Shown piece by piece: positions 25,500 through 32,000 of a DNA stretch of 32,000 nt (positions within the stretch are counted from its first letter, which is position 1; each line of letters starts with the position of its first letter). Origin of the DNA: Halomicronema hongdechloris C2206 (GTDB taxonomy: Bacteria; Cyanobacteriota; Cyanobacteriia; Phormidesmidales; Phormidesmidaceae). The stretch lies in the NCBI RefSeq assembly GCF_002075285.3, contig NZ_CP021983.2, positions 1,050,001-1,082,000 of the forward strand, given 5' to 3'. A program made the position numbers and the translations under genes. The notes under the pieces were generated by a model, which had not been told where the DNA came from, searched no databases, and saw nothing but the letters and a program-made list of their open reading frames with translations.

Positions 25500-25586
25500 A
25501 TGGCTGACAAAATTACATTCGCTATTTTCTGGCAATCTGGAGCTTCAGTCATGGGCTTCCTGCTGCTAGTGATTCTACTGGCTTAG
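25500..25586 (+). CDS. Possible 28-aa hydrophobic peptide (unverified small ORF)
   Basis: ATG 25500 is preceded by GAGGAG 6 nt upstream and encodes MADKITFAIFWQSGASVMGFLLLVILLA*, with a single TM-like segment. I see no match to the photosystem or cytochrome b6f small subunits I know. Confidence 0.25.
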   Translation: MADKITFAIFWQSGASVMGFLLLVILLA

Positions 25587-25691
25587 GGCCAAGGCAACGA
25601 GGTACTCTGTAGCCCAGTCATTGCGCACTATGGGCTGCGAAGCCCCAGATCCTCTTGCTCCATACCGATCATTCACCGCGTCCACTACGAC

Positions 25692-25720
25692 AAGCGAGCG
25701 GGGCTGAGCCTCGCTCGCTT
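25692..25720. terminator. Strong GC-rich hairpin between the small ORF (+) and petE (-)
   Basis: AAGCGAGCG (25692..25700) pairs perfectly with CGCTCGCTT (25712..25720). Inner pairs extend the stem to 13 bp around a TGA loop on the plus-strand RNA. Neither side has a good U-tract, so terminator function is uncertain. Confidence 0.35.
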
Positions 25721-25778
25721 ACAGTTTATGAGCCCTTGCAGTTTATGAGCTCTCTTTAGCCTCTCAACAGAGGTAGGC

Positions 25779-26201
25779 TCACTTCTCTAGAATGACCTTG
25801 CCCACCATGCCGGCACCGCGGTGAGGGGCACAGTAGTAGTTATAGGTGCCCGCAGGCATATCCTCGGTGAAGGTCGTGCTGTAGGATTCACCGGGGGCAA
25901 AGGTCAACGCATCGTGGGAAATCTTAGTGGCCAAATCTTTGTCGCCGGGGATTCCCGACGCATCAAAAATGACATTGTGGGGAGCCATCTTGTTATTGAC
26001 CCAGGTCACTGAGTCACCAGGCTGCACGGTAACAGTCGCCGGTTCAAAGACCAGCAGTCCCGCATCAGACCCCATCTTCACTTCGACGTTGCTGGCATGG
26101 GCAGGGGCGGCCACAGCGAGTAGGCTACCCACCACCAGGGCCATAGCCAGAAAAGTAATACCAAAACGACGAACGACACGAGCTACGAGTTTCATAATCA
26201 C
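25779..26201 (-). CDS. petE: Plastocyanin precursor
   Basis: 140 aa with a signal peptide ending AHA and the copper-ligand motifs ..APHNVIF.. and ..[20 protein letters not shown]... Confidence 0.95.
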   Translation of the reverse strand: MIMKLVARVVRRFGITFLAMALVVGSLLAVAAPAHASNVEVKMGSDAGLLVFEPATVTVQPGDSVTWVNNKMAPHNVIFDASGIPGDKDLATKISHDALTFAPGESYSTTFTEDMPAGTYNYYCAPHRGAGMVGKVILEK

Positions 26202-26644
26202 CTCTAATCGGCTGATTCTCTAGTTCATTCTCTGCCAACGTATTTTATCCTGCATCTGAGTGGTTTCTGACCGCTCCATAGGACGTTAAGTCAGATCAAC
26301 CGGACTCAGAGAGGGTGTTTGAGCAGGATATACCCAGTCCAGACTGGTGTCTGGAATAGTCCCCGAGCGACCCTCCAGATCTAGCTTGTGGAAAAGGTTG
26401 ACTCAAAGGGCGCACAGCAAATTTCAATCGGGTCAAGCACAGGGCGAGAAAATCTCCCCCGCCCCCTTGCCAAGGGAAAGCATAGGATGGCACTTGACCT
26501 GCAAGGCTGGGAAGATCTAACTCTAAGCCAATCAGTACTGCACTCAATTGAGAACCGCTGTAAGCATCACTTGAGACTCGGGGAATATTGGGGGGCAATC
26601 ACCTCAAGCTTATGGCGATTGCGATACATGGCCAACACCCTCTG

Positions 26645-26704
26645 AAACCCAACAAAACGCTGCTTCTGAAGCCAAGCCTGTACGCTCAGGTGGAAGCAGC
26701 GCTT
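26645..26704 (-). terminator. Candidate rho-independent terminator of psbV
   Basis: The minus-sense RNA reads AAGCGCUGCUUC - 26-nt loop - GAAGCAGCG followed by UUUUGUUGGGUUU. The 9-bp perfect stem pairs 26658..26666 with 26693..26701. It starts about 40 nt after the psbV stop. The loop is unusually long. Confidence 0.45.
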
Positions 26705-26744
26705 GGGAAGATGATTCCCCGTGGACAACAGCCCATTCTGTATC

Positions 26745-27245
26745 TTAAGGGGCGGAGTAGCGGGTTTTCCCAGCTCCCCACATATCACCAATGATTTTGG
26801 GCTGTAGCAGGATATGGCCAGCAATGGCCACGAGATCTTCTTCGGTCAGATTACGCATTTGAGGGAAGATATCACGGCTCTCGATGCTGGGATGGATCTG
26901 GGAAATATCGTCCATTCCATCGTAGGTGGTCGGTTCTTTGAGAAAGGCGACCAGAGCCTCAATATTATCCCGAGGGGGCAAAGCTCCAGCTAATGCTTCG
27001 GGCTCTAGCCCCACGGTTGGATTCGTTTTCGTGATACCACCTACGTGGCAAGAGCCACAGGCGTTATTAAAGCGATTACGTCCCCGAATTACCTGCTCTT
27101 GGCTCAAGACTAAGGTATCGCCCTCAGGATTGAGCTTGACGGTCCGGGTGGCTTCATCTAGCTCTGCCGCAATCGCGGGTGCCATGATCAGATGGCTGAC
27201 GAAGAAGACTGCGATCGCAACCAGCCAAATGCATCTCCTAAGCAT
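26745..27245 (-). CDS. psbV: Cytochrome c-550 (PSII extrinsic subunit PsbV)
   Basis: The likely start is ATG 27245 (MLRRCIWLVAIAVFFVSHLIMAPAIAAELDEATRTVKLN), with GAGGAG 5 nt upstream. It has the haem motif CGSCH and conserved PsbV blocks: GITKTNPTVGLEPEAL, PPRDNIEALVAFLKEPTTYDG, IHPS, FPQMRNLTEEDLVAIAGHILLQPK. Confidence 0.93.
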   Translation of the reverse strand: MLRRCIWLVAIAVFFVSHLIMAPAIAAELDEATRTVKLNPEGDTLVLSQEQVIRGRNRFNNACGSCHVGGITKTNPTVGLEPEALAGALPPRDNIEALVAFLKEPTTYDGMDDISQIHPSIESRDIFPQMRNLTEEDLVAIAGHILLQPKIIGDMWGAGKTRYSAP

Positions 27246-27599
27246 GGTTCTCCTCGAATGTATGGCTTGGTATATCAGACATGCAACACAGCCTGGCTCA
27301 AGCACCATGGGTAGGCTTACCCAGGTCGAGTCACAAATGCTTAACCACCGAACATCAGTGTCAACCCTCTGCGACTGGCAGGGTACCCACAAACCACCGC
27401 TATCAACTGAATCAATCGATGGGTGGCAGGAGTTTCCCGCCCTTGAGCCACTCTAAACCAGGTCCAGTAACGATCCAGAGTGCTTGTAGGCAAATGTTCC
27501 AAGTCTGGACATTAATCAGGTTTAGTACCACTATCATGCCACCGAAAGGGACGATCCCAAAGCGATCGGCCTCAGTAACCACCACAATGACAGTAGTAC

Positions 27600-28535
27600 T
27601 CAAGAATGGGTCATCTGACTCGGGGAACTTACCAGGGGACTGATTTCCTGCCGCAGCACAGAGGGCAAGGGAGACTCAAAAGGCTGATGCAGGCGGATCA
27701 GCTGGGCCAACGTGCTCTTGAGCTGAGTCCGGGGGACGATAATGTCCACGAAGCCATGATTCAACAGATATTCTGCCGTCTGGAAATCGTCAGGTAATTT
27801 CTCCCGCAGCGTCTGCTCCACTACCCGTCGTCCGGCAAACCCAATGGTGGCCTTTGGTTCAGCAATGATAATATCCCCCAGCATGGCGAAGCTGGCCGTA
27901 ACGCCACCGGTAGTGGGATGAGATAATACCGGGGTGTAGAGCAATCCCGCTTGCCGATGGCACTCTAAGGCACCAGAAATCTTGGCCATCTGCATGAGGC
28001 TCAGCATGCCCTCCTGCATGCGGGCTCCGCCAGAGGCACAAACAATGATTACCGGGTATCGTGCTTCAGTGCTACGCTCGATCAGCCGGGTGAGCTTTTC
28101 CCCCACCACCGAGCCCATGCTGCCTCCCATGCAGCGAAAATCCATCACCCCTAGACCCACGGATAACCCCTGCAGCTTACCAAACCCTGTCTGTACGCCA
28201 TCCGTCAGCCCTGTCTTGGCCTGCATATCCCGTAATCGATCGGTATAAGCTTTGCGATCGCGAAACCGGAGCGGATCCTGAGGCAGGATATAGGTATCCC
28301 AGGGATGCCAACTATCCCCATCAATTAACTGGCGAATCCGTTCATCACTGTGAATTCGATGGTGATGACCACAGTCGTTGCAGACCCAATGATTAGCCCG
28401 CAGATCCTTGGTATAGGTCAGCACTCCACAGGCTTCACACTTGGTCCACAGGCCATCAGCAATCTCTCGCTCCTGCCGTTGTTCACTGATGGGACCAGAT
28501 TTTTGTCGGTTAGCAAACCAGTCGAACAAAGACAT
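27600..28535 (-). CDS. accD: Acetyl-CoA carboxylase carboxyltransferase beta subunit
   Basis: The likely start is ATG 28535 ([12 protein letters not shown]). It has the N-terminal Zn-ribbon [26 protein letters not shown] and the carboxyltransferase core (..[23 protein letters not shown].., ..SGGARMQEG..). Confidence 0.93.
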   Translation of the reverse strand: MSLFDWFANRQKSGPISEQRQEREIADGLWTKCEACGVLTYTKDLRANHWVCNDCGHHHRIHSDERIRQLIDGDSWHPWDTYILPQDPLRFRDRKAYTDRLRDMQAKTGLTDGVQTGFGKLQGLSVGLGVMDFRCMGGSMGSVVGEKLTRLIERSTEARYPVIIVCASGGARMQEGMLSLMQMAKISGALECHRQAGLLYTPVLSHPTTGGVTASFAMLGDIIIAEPKATIGFAGRRVVEQTLREKLPDDFQTAEYLLNHGFVDIIVPRTQLKSTLAQLIRLHQPFESPLPSVLRQEISPLVSSPSQMTHS

Positions 28536-28801
28536 GCTCAGTGCTCTCAATGAATCGCGACGTACAGGGACGGTTCGGAAGAATCCGACTTAACCCTGGT
28601 ACTCATCCTATCTGGTTTGGTTACGCCTCTGGAAAACTGCTGTGGTTAATCTGCCCCTGAGTCTAGAGGGCAGCAATGACTTGAGCTCAACAATTAAGTT
28701 GCCCCGTTCAGCGCTCAGTCCCTAGCAGCTTATTCCCCTGAGACCGACCTTGCCCAGCCTAGCGGTTATGATAGGGCCAGTCTAGCCAGTCCCCGACTCC
28801 A

Positions 28802-29032
28802 ATGTTTGAGGCCTTTTCCCCACGGCAAATTACCCCTGAGCAGTCCATTGAAAGCCTGGAACTACACCAAATTGCCCACGATTTTCGCCAAGAAATCGAG
28901 TATCGCGATCAATTTGAGCACTATTGCCGTTGGTATACCCAGGTATCCCGACAGCATCAGCGGGAGTTGGCGGCCATGGCTACCGATATCGATCTCTTCG
29001 GTTGGTTTTGGCGGCGACGCACTTCCCGTTAG
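28802..29032 (+). CDS. Hypothetical small helical protein
   Basis: 76 aa with charged, helical composition (..LELHQIAHDFRQEIEYRDQFEHYCRWYTQVSRQHQRELAAM..). It looks more protein-like than the overlapping frame 28806..29075. I do not recognise a family. Confidence 0.4.
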   Translation: MFEAFSPRQITPEQSIESLELHQIAHDFRQEIEYRDQFEHYCRWYTQVSRQHQRELAAMATDIDLFGWFWRRRTSR

Positions 29033-29094
29033 CAGCAGACAGTTTCCTCACCCTGACGAGGAGCATAATTCCTAATCATCAAGGCTCATGACCG

Positions 29095-29343
29095 TTAATT
29101 AGCCTCCTCCACAATTTCCAGCTCATCGGTTCGTAGGTGAGCTCGAAAGGGGCGCTTGGCACCCTCAAGGGGAAACTCAACTCGGACCGGATAATTCGCG
29201 CTGATTACGCGACCTTGGTAGTCCGATAACACCTTCACCACCGTTCCTTCCATCCCCTTAGCATCAAACGCGTCATTGCGATGCTTGGGGTGGTGGTAAA
29301 AGATAACAGAGTCTTTAACGCGGACGCGATCGCCAACTTTCAT
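29095..29343 (-). CDS. ftrV: Ferredoxin-thioredoxin reductase variable (alpha) chain
   Basis: The likely start is ATG 29343. MKVGDRVRVKDSVIFYHHPKHRNDAFDAKGMEGTVVKVLSDYQGRVISANYPVRVEF..FRAHLRTDELE closely follows the cyanobacterial FtrV pattern (..GDRVRV..YHHP..FD..GMEG.V.......GR.ISAN.PV.V.F). Confidence 0.85.
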   Translation of the reverse strand: MKVGDRVRVKDSVIFYHHPKHRNDAFDAKGMEGTVVKVLSDYQGRVISANYPVRVEFPLEGAKRPFRAHLRTDELEIVEEAN

Positions 29344-29448
29344 ACGAACACAGATTAATTGGTTCAAACGGGCCAGCCCTATTTGTCTGAGATGACAGCC
29401 GGGATCGCCCTGGCAACCCTATTATCTTTGCATAGGATGGTCTTTCTC

Positions 29449-31260
29449 CTAAGGGCTCTGCTGAGATGGGCCAGGTGACTCAGGAGTAGAGGGTTTGCGA
29501 GCTAAGAACCACCAGCTGCTTAAGGCTACTGCCACCACAATCACGGCTAGAATCCAACCTAGGCGCCTCCAGGAAACGGACGAAGGTCTAGGATCAGGCT
29601 TGGGAGCTGGCGTTGGTTGAGCATCGTTATCTGGCGTTTCGCCATAGAGTAACGCCTTGGAGGTTGCAGGTAAGTCGTCAGTAACCGCTTGGTCTTGGCG
29701 CTGGTTTACCAAGGAGGCCATCTCAGCCGTGGCCTTAAGCCTCGGTTTACAGTGCATGAGCACGACGCTGACATTATCGTGGCCATTCTTTTGATTGGCT
29801 AATTCCAACCAAGCCTTGACCGCATCCTCGAGAGTAATAATGTCTTTGACAATCAGGCCAATATAGTTAGCCCAAGACTGCTCTACCCGACCGTAGTCGC
29901 TCAAGCCATCAGTGCAGAGCAGCAGTACTCCCTCCTCATCTAGAATGAACCGCTGGATATGAGGATGTAGGAAAGCTGCTGAACGGGTTCCCAAGGCCTG
30001 GGTTAGAGCTCCGGCTTGGGAGTGCTGACGAGCGATTTGAGGCCACTGACCTGCCTCAATTTCTCGCCCCGCCACATCATCATCCACCGTTAAGCAGTGA
30101 CAGTATTGGGGGGTGATCCAATAAACACGACTATCGCCGACGTGGGCGATATACAACTCACTGACCGGTTGCCAACCGGAGGCCGTCTGTAGCCGCTGCG
30201 GTAATAACAGGGCCAAGGCTAAGGTGGTGCCCATGCGTTGTCGCTCTAAGCGTCCTTGGCTATCGTTTTGCTGGTTCAGCAGATCATTCACCACGCGAAT
30301 CGCCGCTTCCAGCTGCTGGCTAACGAGCTCAGGGGGTAGCGGTTCATTGGCGTCTTCTGCATGAGAGAACAGACCTCGCAGCTGTAACTGCAAGGACTGC
30401 ACTGCCAATCGACTGGCAATTTCACCGCCCTCATGGCCACCGACGCCATCACAGACAATCCCCAGTCTAGGCATGGCTTCAGTATCGCTGCTATCCATCA
30501 GTCCCTCGGGATAGCAAGCATCCTCATTGCGCGGCTGCTGACCAACACTGGTTCCCCCTGCTATCTGGAGATGTAGAGTAACGGTGCTGACCTGATGCAG
30601 CACGATAGTATTCAGCTGCTGGCTGAGTTGGGTGATATCAGCCTCAGGCTCTACCATGGCCTGGCAGACTGTCTCCACAGATTCTGCCAGCTCTGCTTGC
30701 AGATCGGGTAACCAGCTGCGCCACAGGGCGGCCAACTGGGCTAGGCTCGGTGAGGTAGCATTCCTGTCAAGTTCTCGCAATCGCAGTCGCCATCCCTCTA
30801 TCCGTAGGTTATCTGGGTGTAAGAGGCTTTCACTCACCCCTAAGGTCTGCAGGGGGGTCCACAGGGTTAACATCTGCCACAACCAGTGAGCTTGGCGTAG
30901 GGCCGTTGCTTGACTTAACGCGTCGCCGATGGCTGGATATAGTTTGCCGGAGCGAGGATGGATGGGGGCATTGCTTAGCAGTAACACTGGAGCCGCATCA
31001 GATTGCTCTATCCAGCCATAGACTTGCGGCAGATGCAGCGAGTGAGGATAGGCTCGTAAATAGGGCTGAACTAATTCGGGTACCGGGATGTCAGCGACTG
31101 CTAGCTGCTGAGGTTTGGTGTCACGCCAAATGTGAGGGGCCATGACCTCATAGCGATCAGCAATCCGGTTGCCCACCGGAATCGCCTCGACCCCTTTGCC
31201 AACTGCCCAAAGATAGGGCATAGCACGAGATCGGGATGACTCGAAACGGTTCATAGACAC
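29449..31260 (-). CDS. Membrane-anchored PP2C-family Ser/Thr phosphatase with a large N-terminal degenerate kinase-like domain
   Basis: PP2C motifs are present: ..RNEDACY.., ..GIVCDGVGGHEGGEIASRLA.., ..LLLCTDGLSDY.., ..NGHDNVSVVL... The C-terminal TM helix is GWILAVIVVAVALSSWWFLA. The N-terminal ~230 aa include ..LQTLGVSESLLHPDNLRIEGWRLRLREL... Confidence 0.85.
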   Translation of the reverse strand: MSMNRFESSRSRAMPYLWAVGKGVEAIPVGNRIADRYEVMAPHIWRDTKPQQLAVADIPVPELVQPYLRAYPHSLHLPQVYGWIEQSDAAPVLLLSNAPIHPRSGKLYPAIGDALSQATALRQAHWLWQMLTLWTPLQTLGVSESLLHPDNLRIEGWRLRLRELDRNATSPSLAQLAALWRSWLPDLQAELAESVETVCQAMVEPEADITQLSQQLNTIVLHQVSTVTLHLQIAGGTSVGQQPRNEDACYPEGLMDSSDTEAMPRLGIVCDGVGGHEGGEIASRLAVQSLQLQLRGLFSHAEDANEPLPPELVSQQLEAAIRVVNDLLNQQNDSQGRLERQRMGTTLALALLLPQRLQTASGWQPVSELYIAHVGDSRVYWITPQYCHCLTVDDDVAGREIEAGQWPQIARQHSQAGALTQALGTRSAAFLHPHIQRFILDEEGVLLLCTDGLSDYGRVEQSWANYIGLIVKDIITLEDAVKAWLELANQKNGHDNVSVVLMHCKPRLKATAEMASLVNQRQDQAVTDDLPATSKALLYGETPDNDAQPTPAPKPDPRPSSVSWRRLGWILAVIVVAVALSSWWFLARKPSTPESPGPSQQSP

Positions 31261-31396
31261 AGTGCAGTTTAAGACAAGCTAATCACGAGGGTCGAGACCT
31301 TATCCTGAAGACTAGACTAATCCTAGTGGATCTTTCTAATTTTCTAAGCATGCCTCCCCATGCCGTGCCACCAGCCAACTTAAATCCATACCTGCC

Positions 31397-31822
31397 ATGA
31401 GTCTGCCTCTATTTTGGTTGATTGTGGGATTAGTGCTCTGCTTGATGGAGTTATTTCTACCGACGGCATTCGTGGAGTCTACGTTGGGCATCAGTGCATT
31501 CGTGGTCGCTCTGGTGGCTCTGTGGGTAACCTCCTTTAGTTTGCAGGTACTGCTGTGGATGGTGCTATCGCTGGTATGCATTGCCCTGCTGCGTCGGTTT
31601 GTGCCTAGGCGCACCCCTTATACATTGGCCCAACCCACTGAGGCGCGAACCTTGACCCTGATTCCGCCGGGGAAGACTGGACGGGTGCTCTATGACGGTA
31701 ACTCCTGGCCAGCTCGCTGCGAAGACAACCAATGTGCGATCGCAGTAGATGAACTGGTCTTTGTGGTTGGCCGCCAGGGCAATACCCTATTGGTCCTTCC
31801 GGATACTGCTTTGCGAGATTGA
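31397..31822 (+). CDS. NfeD-family membrane protein
   Basis: 141 aa with two or three N-terminal TM helices and a C-terminal OB-fold-like segment (..GKTGRVLYDGNSWPARCED..LVFVVGRQGNTLLVLP). It lies immediately upstream of an SPFH gene, the classic nfeD-SPFH operon arrangement. Confidence 0.8.
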   Translation: MSLPLFWLIVGLVLCLMELFLPTAFVESTLGISAFVVALVALWVTSFSLQVLLWMVLSLVCIALLRRFVPRRTPYTLAQPTEARTLTLIPPGKTGRVLYDGNSWPARCEDNQCAIAVDELVFVVGRQGNTLLVLPDTALRD

Positions 31823-31867
31823 GATATTAAGCCAAGACTGCTGATGGCATTTTAAGGAGATAAAACA

Positions 31868-32000
31868 ATGGATTTTGTTGCTTTTTTGATTGCCCTTGTC
31901 TTTGGTGGTTCTGTTGCTGCTAGCTCGGTGAAAATCATTAATCAAAGTGATGAGGCTCTCGTAGAAAGCCTGGGTCGCTATAACGGCAAGAAACTCACAC
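31868..32000 (+). CDS. SPFH/band-7 (stomatin/prohibitin-like) protein, 5' part only
   Basis: ATG 31868 has AAGGAG upstream. MDFVAFLIALVFGGSVAASSVKIINQSDEALVESLGRYNGKKLT matches the N-terminal anchor plus the ..V.IVNQG.EALVE.LG.Y.. start of SPFH domains. It runs off the window. Confidence 0.8.
   Translation, partial: MDFVAFLIALVFGGSVAASSVKIINQSDEALVESLGRYNGKKLT

Noticed and set aside
27412-27603. A 63-aa ORF immediately downstream of, and overlapping, the accD stop
   Set aside because: It has a TTG start and no RBS or recognisable motif. It occupies what should be the psbV promoter region, so it is probably spurious. Ribosome profiling could revive it.
28806-29075. An 89-aa ORF overlapping the 76-aa hypothetical gene in another frame
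   Set aside because: Its composition (Pro/Ser/Ile/Trp-rich, no charge pattern) is less protein-like than the 28802..29032 frame. Only one of the two can be real.

Overview
This is a cyanobacterial chromosomal segment. The evidence is at least 24 copies of the HIP1 octamer GCGATCGC, plus petE, psbV, a high-light-inducible-protein gene and a cyanobacterial-type glnB. Most genes lie on the minus strand and are core housekeeping. Left to right: the 5' end of an LpxB-related-like gene, the pilM-N-O-Q type IV pilus operon, and a 1.08-kb noncoding spacer. Next come an orphan sugar-type ABC binding lipoprotein, folC, glnB, a coiled-coil membrane protein, an aldose-1-epimerase-family protein, a large CapA-family protein and argF. 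A FecB/FecCD/FecE-type ABC importer with a TonB-dependent receptor follows, preceded on the same strand by a SAM methyltransferase and an HLIP gene. Then come an RCK-pore-RCK channel protein, a small zone of gene remnants (CPBP protease fragment joined to a di-haem peroxidase tail), petE, psbV, accD, ftrV, a large membrane-anchored PP2C phosphatase, and an nfeD-SPFH pair. I found no CRISPR array, tRNA/rRNA, transposase or integrase, and no recognisable defence or toxin-antitoxin module. I cannot honestly nominate a convincing new multi-gene system. Four things stand out. (1) There are at least seven single-nucleotide reading-frame breaks in otherwise well-conserved genes, three of them in one ABC ATPase, which indicates either consensus errors or real decay of the uptake system. 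(2) A deletion joint fuses two gene fragments. (3) Long noncoding spacers carry direct repeats and terminator-like hairpins and could hide small RNAs. (4) Two proteins have atypical architectures: a channel lacking the GYG filter, and a PP2C with a degenerate kinase-like N-domain. All family calls come from motif recognition by eye, since no searches could be run.
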